NCBI GenBank assembly: GCA_038087875.1
Contig: CM075988.1
Location: 27,096,001 to 27,160,000, forward strand
Reading direction: 5' to 3'
Length of the DNA stretch: 64,000 bases
DNA from: Malacoraja senta
Taxonomy: Eukaryota
How positions within the stretch are numbered: the stretch's first letter is position 1; every line of letters starts with the position of its first letter. Of this stretch, positions 13,601-28,274 are shown in pieces. The notes below the pieces were generated by a model. That model was not told the origin of the DNA and made no database searches. It saw only the letters and a list, made by a program, of their open reading frames with translations. Position numbers and translations under genes: made by a program.

Positions 13601-15427
13601 CATTTTGAACATTTAGAAGAATAAATTTACTTTTGACGACTAGCACTAAACACACGCCACAAATTGAATGTACCTCCATTCATAATTTGCTGTTGAAAAC
13701 AACCATGAAGAAGTTAGTAACACCAATGGCTGATACTCTTCAATATGTTCAGTTCTAATAATCAAAGGTACATATTTTGAAAAAAAGCTCTTTACACTTC
13801 ATTTTCTTCTCATTTTACCATAGATCTCACAAAACCTACTATATTTTCAAATTCATTTGTGAACAAGATAATTCCCCAGTCATAATGAGTTATAAAATCA
13901 CATTTATATGTAATGCATGAAGTGCGTAAGTGATGGTTTGTGTTTCCAAAGAGACAGGGAACAGAAATGACAAGCTGTCAACAATATGTATTATTGTTTT
14001 ATAATTCTAATGATTCAATATGTGACAAGCATCAAGCAAATGAACTAAAATATTCAACTCTTCACAAGGAGTATAAATTACAATCAAATGTCGACTGTTA
14101 TTTGACCTTGAGCTACTTTAAAAAACTTTTTTTCAGAATGACATCAATAGATGCAATTAGGTGATCTGAATCTTTCTCTTCACTCTCAAATCAGAGTTGC
14201 TGGTATCAATAAATCAATAAGTATAATCACTGAGTTCTTATACTGTATTTGCTCTCAAATAGAAACAAAAGTAACAAAACAGAAAAAAAGAGTGTATACT
14301 TGAATGATTTTTTAACCTCAACCAAATAAGAAATGCAGGAAATACTGTAGACCAATTAGCATCAGTGGAGAAATAATATCTGGTATTTTATCTCTCTGGA
14401 GGTTCACTGATTAAAGTAACTTTGGAAAACAAGATGCAGATTGGCTTGATGTATAGTGTAGGAAGGAACTATAGATGCTGGTTTACACAAAATGCTCGAG
14501 TAACTCAGCGGAACAGGCAGCATCTCTGAATAGAAGGAATGGGTGACATTCAAAGCCCTTCTTCAGACTGTATCTATCCAATATTTTATCTTTTTTTAAT
14601 TTCAAATTTCCAACATCCAGCCCATTATTTTTGTCAGTAGCTTACTATTCTTGCAGTTACTGATTTTCCCAGTAACTCCTTTCCAACTAGTCTCAATGCT
14701 GAATTGTTCTCAATGGTGATCATTTAGTGAGACATTGATCTTCACCATCTTGGAGAATCAATAAATACAGTGTACAAAAGTCAGAATTTGTCTGTCAAAT
14801 GTACCATTCATATAGTGCATTGTTCCAATGCCTTCTCATACTAAAGCCCAGAGGTGAAGGGTTAAGAGGCAGCCCAATTCTCTCCGCCTACAGCAGGTGA
14901 AAACACACACAGATCTCCTTGCTTGCTTAGATGTGAATTAGCAATTGCCACACAAACAGAGGAAAATTTAACTGAGAAAATAAAACATGGCAAAGCTAAA
15001 ATACGGTAATTACTCTAAGTAGTTAAGTGAATAATGACTCTCGTTAGATTTTCCAGTCTGTCTCATCACATGGTGCAAGGTGGACGGTCCTTGTGCAAGG
15101 CAAAGATTTTCAATCTTAGTTCATAGTAATTTATTTTAATGTCTTATGGGTGTCACTAGAGTAACCCTTCTTATCTCATTTGTCTTCTAAATGAAGTAAC
15201 TATTTACATTTTAATCTTAACAGGGAACTTCAAACATAGTCTAAAATAAACAATAAACAGCATAAAGTCACTATTAAACAATTTGAAATCAAAAACACAA
15301 TGCTGGAAGCACCCAGCAAGTCAGACCAGCACCTGTGGCAAAATAGAGTAACTGAGGATAATTTTTCACACAAAGGGAGGTGGATGTATGTAGGAGCTGC
15401 TGAAGGAGGTAGTTGCGAAAGGGACTA

Positions 15428-15627
15428 NNNNNNNNNNNNNNNNNNNNNNNNNNNNNNNNNNNNNNNNNNNNNNNNNNNNNNNNNNNNNNNNNNNNNNNNN
15501 NNNNNNNNNNNNNNNNNNNNNNNNNNNNNNNNNNNNNNNNNNNNNNNNNNNNNNNNNNNNNNNNNNNNNNNNNNNNNNNNNNNNNNNNNNNNNNNNNNNN
15601 NNNNNNNNNNNNNNNNNNNNNNNNNNN
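15428..15627. other. Assembly gap (200 N)
   Basis: Run of exactly 200 N, suggesting a fixed placeholder of unknown true size. Confidence 0.99.
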
Positions 15628-16400
15628 GTAAGGTACAAATTCAACCTTTAAGGATTCACGTGTGACCAGAGGTATTCTGTGGGGGGGGGGGGGGTTAAAC
15701 TAAATTGTAAACGAATTAAATAAACTTTACCTTTGTCATCGAATCGATATGGTGTCAAACTCGGATCTAATTGGAATTTAAAAAATATATTTATATGGTG
15801 TAACTTTTACAAGACAACATACGCGGGGTTGAAGCGGGTTTTAGTGTCTCAGCCACTCACCCAAGCATTTGGTTTAAACGCGCGATGGCTTCTAATTACA
15901 GCTGGTACTGTAACGCGGCGTTGGGGCTGAGACTGGGGTTGCGGGTGATTCCCGTAGAAGGTTCATTTCATTTTACTTGTAAGTACAATGGGCGGGCGGG
16001 CGGGCGGAGGGGGGGGGGGGGGAATAAAACGGCAAGTTACATGAGTAAAGCCGTTTCATGGATTAATAAATCTCCCCATAACCCCCCCCCCCTCCCCGAT
16101 TCACTCAGTTACATAATTAAAATTGCCTTTAGAAAGTCAGGACTTGTTTGCATGCTGTGCAGACTGGTTACACCATCAATGCATCTATCCGTGGACTTCA
16201 ATGAAAGCGGATTCTAAAGGTTAGAGGCGTGTATTGTGCACTTATTCCACTATGTTTCACATGCGGACAGTTACACGAACAATTGTTAGCAAACTCGCAA
16301 ACGAACAACCACTTCTCCACACGCGGACAGAAATGTGGTCACATTGTCTATGATCAGTTATGCATATATTCGGCAACACATATATAGTTAGATGTTCTCA
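15628..16400 (+). promoter_or_regulatory. CpG-enriched region with GC boxes; candidate edge of the DRD2 promoter/exon-1 CpG island
   Basis: Many CpGs in apparently non-repeat DNA, unlike the flanks; (GGGC)4GG at 15990-16007; GTAAGG immediately after the gap resembles a splice donor. Confidence 0.45.
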
Positions 16401-19400
16401 GTGGAAGACAAAACAGTGAGCAATGGATGTTGTTGAGGACTGCAAAGTCGGTCACTTAAAACTCTCTGTATAATGACATAAATCTCCATTGCAATACTGG
16501 ATATCGAATGTGTTTAACCGCAGACTCAAAGTGTATGTCTACCTCTATTAGCTATCCCCTAACTCATTATGTACTGTGATATTTTTCAATTACTGTATAG
16601 TTACAAGATTTTTTCTTACAATCGTGGTAAGATGTAAAAGTCAGCTTCTAACTTTAAAATCGAGATTCGTGCTGTTCAAGATGAAAGATTATTATATTGG
16701 AGGTTCGAATGGGTGATAGCACAGGTACAGCGGCACAGCCAGAGTGGCTAGATTTTATACAAACTAGCACGGTGGATCAAACCTTATGATGTTCGTGAAT
16801 TAATCTTTGTCTGCCGAGTATTCTTACTGGTTTTGTGCAGCGGGTGGGTTTCTAGATCCCCAGTGTTTGTAGAAGCAGGTGGAACTCATTGGTAGTCAGG
16901 GAGTTTTCATACATTAAAAAGTCTTCTCCGACCACTCTCATATGAAATGTATTCTTATTTAATTAAAATATTCAATGATGTGAAAGTGATTATCATATTC
17001 ACAGGCACACAGATTTAAAATTAATAGGGATAATGTTAGAATAAGTATAATTAATTCATTAATTTATAGAATATTCATGTAAAAATTCTTAATATTAATT
17101 AATTCTAGATAAATATTGCAAAAATGTTCTTAAAGATAAAAATGGCAAGAAATATTCTTTATGCTGCACTGTTCCAAAGAATGGTTGCACGATTTAGCTA
17201 TCTCCCCTTAATGTATGTGATAGATTCCTGTTTTGATTTGTTTGCTGCTCCCAATGTGTGTTATTTGCATGAGGTATATATTTTGTGCTCAACTTAATCA
17301 TATTAGTTCATTATTGTATGTTCTCCAATTGAACTGCAGCGTGAAAATCTTCAATACCGCCAGAAACAGTTAGGTTTCAGCAGCACCTGCTCCTCCGATG
17401 GCAACTGCGAGTTTCTTTCACTGTTTCAGTGACTGCCACTGATCTTCTGCTTCAACTCGGGTATTTGTTTCACTGTATTATTAATATAACAGAAAAGTAA
17501 TGTGAACAAAAAATGGGCAAAATGTATCCAAATTCTTCATTGCCCAGATTGAACATTGAATACAAATGGAATATGATTTTTAAAAATGTGGTTACAATTG
17601 TGTAAAAATTCTATATTCAGGACTAAAGAGGGTGGAAACAAAAGAGGTAAGAACAAAAATGACACATCCTTTACCCCTCAATTCATCCACCATAAATATT
17701 AAGGGAGAGGTCACATTTCTATTTGTTCTCTGATGTTCTTTAAATATAACCAATAATTTATAGATTATATATGTAGTAGTGATTTATACCACATATTATG
17801 GTATCCGGCCTCTGTCTTCAGATGATGATTTCCCTTACATCTGTGTGGTTCTGAGACTGTGCTGATAAACAAATGATATTAGACCTGATTTTCTTATTTA
17901 GCCTCTGGGGTAAACATAAGATCCAGTATACAGTATGTTTCATATTCATGTAGATCTTGATGTCTTCTAAATACAGTCAATGTAAATAAAGGTGGCATCC
18001 CGAGTTATATTTTGATCCTTTATTAACTGAGAACAATAACACAAGAGTGAATCACTTGGGTTCATATTAGACCTTTGGTACGTATTTATCTTTAATATAT
18101 TTGGAACTCAGTTTCTTCCCTAAATTTGCTCTCACTCGGTGTAAAGGTTAACCTATATTAATCTTCTGCACTTTATCCCCTATTTTGGTTATGAATAACC
18201 TTTAGGAAACAGAAAAAAATCAGTAAATAAATATTATCGCCATGGAGAATATTGCTTATTCCTCCCCATCTCCAAGTTGACTTTTAAGGCAATTTTCCCC
18301 AACACATAAATAAGCCAGTCTGTAGTGCAAATGTTAATATGTTAAGGGACAGCATTTACTAACACCGAGCGAGGACGTGCTCATTACTCTCCCATTGCCC
18401 TTACTTCCGAAGATGTAAGGTCCTGCCACCACATGGCATTACATCGAGTAGCCAAATTCAGAACAGATGAGGCTCAGCCATCTGAAGCTGCCCCGAGGCT
18501 GGAAGCAGGAGCATGCTAATCGAGAGTCGAGTGTTTCAGAATTTTATTTGTCGAGATGTATTTTCCTGTTGCTTCATGATGCCATAGAAAGAAGGCTATG
18601 TCCCAAATTACAGAGTTAATGGAGCAAATCCCAATAATAGGTATGGTGCCTGTCACATTATCATAACAATATGATTGACTGCTTCAGGGGATAATAAGGC
18701 TCTGTGCATATTTAAAAGGTAATGGTGGACAGATGACATTGTCAGCTTTTTGTGAACATTTATAATGCAAAGATGGTCTAGTGATTCCCTGCAAGATTTT
18801 CTGTTTAAACAGAGAACTTGCCTTTCTGACACCTCTTGGATGAATCTAAAAATACATCACATATTATGAATTACATGAAAGCTCAATCACATTTGCAGGC
18901 AAAGGCAGCACCTTGCACACACTGCAACTACATTGATGTTTATTTATTTTTTGGGAACCTGGGCACACTTGCAAGGTCAGCATTTATTGACTGCCCTTGA
19001 CCCAACTGAGTAGCCTGCATGTGAGATTCAACCACATCGGAAGGGCCTGAAGTCCCATAGACCCAGCAACAGTGACAGATTTCCTCTGATGAAATAGATT
19101 AATGAAACAGACTTGTTTTTATGACAATTTGGTGGCTCTTTCTGAAGACGTTCTTCTTTATCAAAATTGCATGTTATTAACTGAATTTTAATGGTATGGC
19201 TGTATTGTAGGATTTTAATTTGGAATTGTTAGTTAAAGGCTTTGGATTACATCCAGTAAGCTAACTACAGTGACACTCCATTCCCTTAAAACACCTGTGG
19301 GTATTTTACAGCTAGGGACTTGGAATCCCACCCTGTGTAAATGTGGAAATACATTTTAGTAATTCTAGTAGATATGGAGCATATTAACCATGAAAATTAA

Positions 19401-20160
19401 CTACAGGTTAGTGTTAAAAACCATAACATCATTCAGGGAAGGTAATATACCATTTCTGTAGAGACTTGGGCAACCAGCAATTCTAATGCTAAACCACACG
19501 ACTGATTCCTCATTTCCTGCCAGGATTAAACAGCAGCCTTGTCGATGTTTCCCAGATAGACAATCATCTGCACTGAGCAGCTAAGTGACCAAAGGATAAT
19601 CATTGTATGTGACCAGCTCAAAACAAATGACAGGGGAACATATTCTGTCCTAATACAATTTCCTCCATGCTACTTTGCCTGGTTTCCCTTGTACCTCAGA
19701 CTTTACTCATGCGGTTCCAGCTAGGAGCGTCCCCTCAATTTACCAACAACACCAGAGAATATTGTTTGGGCAGATGATGTGAGGAGGCCATTGGGGAGAT
19801 GAGGATTATGAATTCATATCAAAATAAGAACAGGAACATTCATGACAAATTTACTCTATCAAGGCATTGGCACAAAAATCATTACAACTCTCTCAAGTCT
19901 TGGTGTCTTTTGTTACGTTCTACAAATCCATGAACATTTTATAACAATTATCAATCTGAGACAGTTTGTCAAACCAACACTGATTAAAGCATGTTTATTA
20001 ACTCTCAACTTTAAAAGGCTTTTTACTCTTTACTCATATCCACAAAATATTATGTTTTACATCTGCTTATTCTGCTTATTTATTTACCTATCTGGCTACA
20101 CATCCAATCTTTTTTCTCAGCATATTTCAGAATAAAGTAGTTATTTATTTTAACACTAGG

Positions 20161-20985
20161 AACATAGAAACATAGAAAAATAGGTGTAGGAGTAGGTCAT
20201 TCGGCCCTTCGAACCACACCACCGTTCAATATGATCATGGCTGATCATCTAAAATCAGTACCCCATTCCAGCTTTTTCCCGATATCCCTTTAGCCCTAAG
20301 AGCTAAATCTAACTCTCTCTTGAAAACATCCAGTGAATTGGCCTCTACTGCCTTCTGTGGCAGAGAAGGCACAACTCTCTGGGTGAAGAGGTTTTTGTTC
20401 ATCTCGGTCCTAAATGGCCTACCCCTTATTCGTAAACTGTGACCCCTGGTTCTGGATGCCCTCAACATCGGGAAATTTTTTCCTGCATCTAGCCTGTCCA
20501 ATCCTTTAAGAATTTTAAATGTTTTCATAAGATATCCTCTCATCCTTCTAAATTCCAGTGAATAGAAGCCCGGTCGACCCATTCTTTCATCATTTGTCAG
20601 CCCCGCCATCCCGGGAAATAACCTGGTGAACCTACACTGCACTCCCTCAATAGCAATAATGTCCTTCCTCAAATTAGGAGACCAGAATTGCACACAATAC
20701 TCCAGGCACAGTCTCACCAAGGCTCTGTACAACAGCAGTAGGACCCCCTTGCTCCCAAACTCAAATCCTCTCGCAATGAAGGCCAACATGCCTTCTTCAC
20801 TGCCTGCTATACCTGCATGCTTACTTTCAGTGACTGATGTACAAGCACACCCAGGTCTCGTTGCACCTCCCCTTTTCCTAATCTGATACCATTCAGATGA
20901 TAATCTGCCTGCCTGTTCTTGCCACCAAAGTGGATAACCTCACATTTATCCACATTATACTGCATCTGCCCACTCACCCAACCTA
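20161..20985 (-). mobile_element. CR1 LINE 3' fragment
   Basis: LYRALVR..LEYCVQFWSP, RTRGHSLRI; (aacatag)n tail. Confidence 0.92.
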
Positions 20986-22974
20986 TAAAATAAACTGTAA
21001 ATAGAGTATTGTTGTTGGGCTGGGAAAGAGAGAGAACTTGTATGTTAGGAGTGTGGGAATAACAGAACATTGTTGGTCTTGGGACTTTCTCTCTGTTGTA
21101 TCTTACTCTGAAGAAGCTATATTGTTCTATTTGACATGTTGTTGAGAGCACTTACACCAGCTGAAGACCGATCACTTTTCCTTCTCTGCTTTGTGTCATA
21201 TGTAGTTATAGTGACTGAGGCTCTGACTGTATTGTTTGATTTTCAAGCTTAAAAATGTGAGCATTTTGCAAACGCAGTAAGTGAACAGACAAAATTACTA
21301 TCTATATGTGCCAATAGTTTAGTTAAAAAGACCCTGGAATGATAGCCATGAACTTTATGAACTGGGTAGACAGACAAGTAATGAGGCAATTTAGCATAGC
21401 TACTAAGGTCAGTGGACATTGTACAATGTCACCGACTTTAAATGTTGCATCCAATTGTATTATGTGATTCATGTAGGACATATTTTGATTCCCTGCAGAG
21501 TATGCAGAGCAGTATTTTAAGACTGTGGAATCAGGAGAGGAATCCTATATTATATTACACGATTTGTACTTCCTGAAGGATCAGAATGAGTTGTGATTTT
21601 CCCAAATTACAACCAGGCCTTTGTTTTCTTTCAAGATCAGGTGGGCCCAAAATTAATTTATGTTTGGAGATTTTATCAAATTGCTTAGAAATTCAAAAGT
21701 TTCATGGATGCACATTTGGAAGAACACCATGAATTGTTGGAACTTAACAAACAAAGGGCAGATTGCTGGAGGAACTTAATGGGTCAGGCAGCATCTGTCA
21801 GTGGAAATGGACAGATGATGTTTCGGGCCAGGATCCTTCTTCAAACAGTTGGAGAGGAGAGGAGATAGCTTGTAGAACGAGGTGGGGAAAGTGCCGGCAA
21901 GTGATAAATTCCTCCAACAGTTTGTGTTTTGTTCAAGATTCCAGCATCTCAAGACTCTTGTGTCTTCAGTATTACATTTCAAACAGTGTAGAATTCATGG
22001 TGAATGGGCACATGATCCATTCCATAATAAAATCATGAATAAAGGCACCAGCAAGTATTTGAAGGATTTAAAAATATATATTCTCTTTTGGATTTCATTT
22101 TTGTTCTACATTGCTTGACAATATGAATCATCTCTTCATCAAAAAAATTGTTTTGATGTGCAACTTTGATGGTATATCAGCTGCAATGTTAATGGTTAAG
22201 CATTTTGTGAGGAAAGGTATGTACCTTGTCAAAGATGAGCCAAAAGGAGCAAATTCTACAACCAGCAATGACCAGGTGGCCCAGTTGAATGAGAGATCAA
22301 TATTTGCCAATGTTGGCCTGGCCAGTATTCCCCAACACATAGAAAATGTGGCAAAAGAACCCTCATATCCACTTGAGGGAAAACACATGGATTTAGTTTC
22401 ACATCTCATTCAAAGGCAACCTAATGACCAAAGGTAACTATTTGTCTTTAACTTTCAACCAAATTAGCAAATCTCACTGCATGTTACTGTTTAAAAATGT
22501 GTCAAGCAAATAACTGATGTTTTTTTCCTTGAAGTAAGCAATTCCTCCTCCCACAGTTTTCCTGAAGGATGTTCTGTTTCGTGTGATTTTATGCAGCTTT
22601 TTCAGGAAGCTTCCTTTCTGTTTACAGACAGACTGATGTTGACCATCAAAGCATGACCTTACAATGCAACTTTAGACTTTACAGAAACAGCACGGAAACA
22701 TGTCCTTCGGCCCATCTAGTCCGTGCCGACTAGTGATCACCCGTAGACCAACATTGTCCGACACACAAGGGATAATTTTTTACAACTTATCAAAGCCGAA
22801 TAACCTACAAACCTGCATATTTTTTTACTTTGAGAGGAAACTGGAGAAAATCCATGCGATCACAGGGAGAACGTTGTGATCAAGAGTGTATTATTGTCAT
22901 ATGTCCCAAAATGGAACTACAAATTCTTTCCTGCAGCAGCACGACAGATATGTAAACATAGATATGTAATTAGT

Positions 22975-23405
22975 CCAACAACAGTGGTGTTGTCGACAAA
23001 TTTGATGATGGAGTTGGCATTATTTCTCGCTACATAGCCACAGGTATAGAGCAGAGGGCTGAGCATGCAGCCTTGAGGTGCTCCTGTGCTGTGCAGGAAG
23101 TGTTGCTGCCAATTCGTACTGATTGTGTTCTGTTGATGAGGAAGTCAAGGATCCAGTTGCAGAGGGATGTGCAGAGACCCAGTTCTGTGAGTTTAGTAAC
23201 CAGTTTGGAGGGGATGATGGTGTTGAAAGCTGAGCTGTAGTCTATAAACAACAGCCTGGCATTTTAATGTAATTGAGGCACGTCACCTTGCTCTACTTGG
23301 GCACTGGTATATTGGTGCCTTATTAAAGTAGGTGGGAACTTCAGACCTCAGTATTGAGAGGTTGAAGATGTCTGTAAAAGCTCCAGCCAGTTGGTCTGCA
23401 CAGGA
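22975..23405 (-). mobile_element. Degenerate Rex1/Babar RT fragments
   Basis: [20 protein letters not shown]...LCNWILDFL on the minus strand. Confidence 0.8.
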
Positions 23406-23730
23406 CTAAATGTACAAAACAGACATTCCACATCCCCCCCCCCCTCTCCTATCGGGCAGAAGATACAAACTTTTGGGAGCACGTACCACCACATTCAAGG
23501 ACAGCTTCTTCCCCGCTGTTATTAGAGTCTTGAACACACCTCTTAAAAGCAATCTGTGTAGGAAAGAACTGCAGATGCTGGTTTAAATCAAAGGTAGACA
23601 CAAAATGCTGGAGTAACTCAGTGGGACAGGCAGCATCTCTACAGAGAAGGAATAGGTGACATTTCAGGTCAAGACCTTTCTTCCTTAGGAAGAAGAGTCT
23701 CGACGAGAAACATTACCCTGGGCAGTGTTA

Positions 23731-24160
23731 GTAGTAAACACTGCCCAGTCCATCATCGGCTCTGACCTCCCTTCCATCGAGGGGATCTATCGCAGTCGCT
23801 GCCTCAAAAAGGCTGGCAGTATCATCAAGGACCCACACCATCCTGGCCACACACTCATCTCCCTACTACCTTCAGGTAGAAGGTACAGGAGCCTGAAGAC
23901 TACAACGGCCAGGTTCAGGAATAGCTACTTCCCCACAGCCATCAGGCTATTAAACCTGGCTCGGACATAACACTGAACTTTATTAGCCAATACTGTTATT
24001 TGCACTTTATCAGTATATTGATTCATGTGTGTATATATTTATAGAATGCCTTGTAGTCAATGCCTACTATGTTCTGTTGTGCTGAAGCAAAGCAAGAATT
24101 TCATTGTCCTATCAGGGACACATGACAATAAACTCACTTGAACTTGAACTTGAACTTGAA
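23731..24160 (+). mobile_element. Rex1/Babar-type LINE 3' end
   Basis: VVNTAQSIIGSDLP...[11 protein letters not shown]; tail ATGACAATAAA + (CTTGAA)n; a similar isolated tail at about 60985-61128. Confidence 0.9.
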
Positions 24161-24302
24161 CCACAGGACGTAATGAGTTTGCAAGTCAATGTACCAATAG
24201 ATTATTCTCAAAGATACATGAACATATTATGTTGGGAAGTCAGGTGAACAGAGAGGCAGCAAATTATTCCACGGTACATGTCTTCACACATTGGGGTAGC
24301 AA

Positions 24303-24582
24303 GGGGGCACGGCGGTAGAGTTGTTGCCTCACATCGCCAGAGACGCAGGTTCAATCCTGACTATGGGTGCTGTCTGTAGGGAGTTTGTATGTTCTCTCCG
24401 TGACCACATGTGTTTTCTCCAGGTGTTCCGATTTCCTCCCACATTCTAAAGGCATACAGTTTTTTAGGTTATTTGGCTTTTGGTAAAAAATTGTAAATTG
24501 TCCCTAGTGTAGCATAGTGTATGGGGATCCCTGGTCGGCGCAGATTCGGTGTTTCTGTGCTGTTTCGCTAAACTAAACTAAA
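24303..24582 (+). mobile_element. tRNA-derived V-SINE (HE1-like)
   Basis: B box GGTTCAATCC, V-domain, (CTAAA)n tail. Confidence 0.85.
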
Positions 24583-27500
24583 TATTGCATTAGCAGTTAG
24601 CAGTGGCAGGTTAATCAATCTCTCACCAAGCTGAGAGCACTGAACCTGCACTCATCTGATTCAACTCAGCATTTCTCCATGTTGTCATTATTCTGCTCAG
24701 GAAAACTGGAAACGGAGTATATTTTCTAAAAAAGAACAATATGATAGCAGTTTCACAGCCTGTGCAGTCAGGTGTGCTACCTGCATTCTCTTGTCTTGGA
24801 GTCATGCAGCACCAATGTCAATGCATTTTGTGCATGACCTGTTGGAAATGTGCCCACTGCAAAATTACACCAACAACCTTAAAATTTCAGGATCCATTTG
24901 ATTTTGTACTCAGCAAAACTAAACATTTTCTTGAAATGACATTAGTGAACTATTTCAATTGTATTTTCTGAACCATCCACCACATGCCAGTTCCTCTCTG
25001 GTGCAAACACTGGATCCCAGGCTGAAAGGACCTCAGCTGCATCTCAGTCCTGAACTCCTGACATAACGTCCTTGTTCAGCTGCATAACACAGATTCATAT
25101 TCCCATTTATAGTCCCTCCCTGGAAGGATTGGCTTGGGTTTAGTGCAATGCCAATGTTTCTCTGGTCGCCTGGTTACATTTCTATTGAAGACTTGGCTTG
25201 ATGTCCTGACAAAGTCCAAGCCTTTGCTCCACATTCTATTTGAACTTTTCAGTTAATAATGTATTAATTTTAAAAGCAAATTTTTAAATGCTTTGATGCT
25301 CTAAGAGTTTTAATGAGTAGCTTAATATGACATAAATGTCCCTTCTGTACATTGATTCTCAATGTGGAAAATGTGAGATGCAAAGTATTCAAAGAGAAAG
25401 TCAGATGGAGCTCTTAGGGCTAATGGAATCAAGGGATATGGAGAGAGGGATATTGAACGACGGTGCTGGCATGAAGGGCCGAACTGCCTACTCCTGCACC
25501 TACTTTCTAAGTTTCTATGTTTCTATTCTGGTGGCACCTGCATTATATCTATTCAGGTCATGGATATTCTCCCTTACACAATTCACAAATCACTACACAA
25601 AAATTAAGATCCAAAATTAAATTCATTCTCACAGCATTTGTGAAAAAAAAGTAAATAAACGCTTTTTTTCAACTTGCATTTTTTGACGCACTCATAGATG
25701 ATGCTGTTTTGCAATGTGGATGAATCACTAGAGTCCTGGTTTACAAATTAACCTGTTTTACTGACCACCAATATGAACATTAGAAAGCTCCATGGAAAGG
25801 TCATCCACCTCAATGTTATCTGTCTCCACAAATGCTGTCTAACCTGCTGAATATTTCCAGCATTTCCTGTTTCAGTACCAGATTTCCAGCATTTTACTTT
25901 TTTGACAGCTGTCCATGGGCCCTTTTAACCTCCATATCGATTTCCTCTTTAAGAATCTACGAACAAACACCACATTTATTCCTCCATTTTATTCAGTATC
26001 CTCTGCAACCTGCATTCGTCCAAATCATTAATACATATCACAAGAATCAATAAGCACAGAAACTCCACTTGTAACAGCCTTCCACAGTCACAGAAAACAT
26101 CAAGGCATCTTTACCCTTTGCTTCTTCGCACAAAGCCAGTTTGGGATTTAGTTTGCGGCTCTCCATCAGGTCACAGAGGGGTCACCATTGTTGACCAGCA
26201 CAAATGCTGAGCCCAGGGTGGAGTCAGGATTTATGGCAGGCAGACCTTTGGAGAAGAAGAGGGAAATAAGCCACAGGAGAGAGGACAAGAGAGCGGGACT
26301 GAAGGAACGGAGTATTCCAGTGCAAAGGGACAGGAGAGTTGTGGGGTGTGGGCGATAAGTTCAGGAGCAGAATTAGGACATGTTGATGTACAAAAGAATC
26401 AGGGTGTCTGCAAATATAGCCAGCAGTCAAGGTGACAAAATGATATAATGTAATAGAATTATTCAGCCATTTGTGAAATTCATTGCGAGTTAACACAAGG
26501 AAAAATGAAGAAAAAGCTTCTTCCTCGGCTTTGACGTCCAGATGCACAATTCATTTGTCCAAGGACATTGTTTCTTTTTAAGGGACATCTGCAAAGATAA
26601 TTTCTGCGTTGATGTAACGGTAACATTTTCAACATGGTCCAAACTTTCTAATGTTGCTTCCTATCTGATAGACCATTTCCCACAGGCAATCACTGCTGCA
26701 TTCCATACGATATCAAGCATAGTCATCAGATGCTGCAGGATATTACTACAAATTTGAACATCTTCATTCTCATTCTGATTCTTAACATCACGTGCATCTA
26801 AAGTCATGAACCTTCCCAGAACACCCTGGAGGCATCAGGTATGAAGGAACAACGTGACAGTCCTGCCATGAGTAACTCAATAGATAGATTATAGGAGCCG
26901 AAATAAATTGCAGCCTGTTTAACATTTCTTTGTATTCTTTTGTTGACAAGTCGTATAAACATTGCACAATGGGGAAAGTCCAGGGAAATCATGTCATTGA
27001 ATATATAACCCCACAGGATGCAGGAAGAGGGGGTGCGAATACAAGATCTTCCATGAATTTACTTATCAAATAGAATACGAGCCAGGAATATCATGCAGCT
27101 TTATACAATGAGATATTTGCACAGACTATTTAGAAAACATTTCGGAATTGCTTCACTATTAAGATTTCTCAAGACTGCACAGCTTTGAAAAAAAAACTGC
27201 ATTGTATGATGAAGTCTGTTTGGCCTCATGTGGCTACTGTCCTGTCTTGTGGGAACCCATGCGTTACATCCACAGATGTGTCCAAATTTCTGACGTCAAT
27301 AGCTGTCGGCATCTCGTCCCAGCAACATCTTGATCCATTTTGGCATCTGCATTCTCTGGGTTCCTTGGGACACTGTATCCTACCTCACATCAATCCCCCC
27401 ATCAATCTTCCCCTTGAGTGTTGTCACTGGACTGCGAGAAGCAGTGAAGAAAGTGATACATTGGCTGAGAATGGACTCATTCAAGTTGGAGGTCTAGGGT

Positions 27501-28274
27501 TTCCTGATTTGATTCTCTGCAAAAACAAAAGAACTGATGACTCCATTTGGCTTGCAGTCTTATATTTTCATGCAAGTTAGGTCTATTACCAAAACACCTA
27601 GAGCTGATAAGAGCACAGAAATGTGCACATCACCATCGTCAACTAGATCAAATCCTGAAAGGAAGATAAGTGCAAACAAACTGCCTGAAGACCTCAGTGG
27701 ACTTCACAGTTTGCAACTCTTCAATTAATCTATCTCACACCTTCTGCTTTTATCTCTGGCCTTTGTTCCAACCATCTGCGTATCAATTCCTCCCCCTCCC
27801 CCCACTCGCCTGTGTCCACCTATTACCTGCCTCTTTTTTCCTGCCTCTTGCCCGTGCTCTCAATGCCAGACCCGCTGAGTTACTCCAGTTCTTTAAAGAC
27901 TGTGTTTCCGTTTAAATATTTTATGAATGTTACTGAATGTCGCAAACATTAAATTAATTTAACAACATTAATGGCCAGGTCATCCTGGTCTTCATAGGAT
28001 ATTGTACATTTGTATGCTAGGATCAGTTGGGCCTTGGTTTAGTATTCCATCTGAAAGAACACATGCTTTAATTAATGTCCTCAAGTTCTGCACGGCAGTG
28101 TCAATCTAAACATTTGTACTCATGTCTCTGGAGAAAGATTCTTTGGGTTCTCACTTGGAGGCAAGAGTTCCTATAATCTACAGTGAGGCTACATCATTAT
28201 TACTCATTTTCACCCATTTCATACCCATGCAATCATCTTCCATCACTTCCATCATCTTCCATCTTCCATCACTC

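Noticed and set aside
15300..15665. ORFs spanning N runs (also 43936-44318)
   Set aside because: Artefacts of translating assembly gaps
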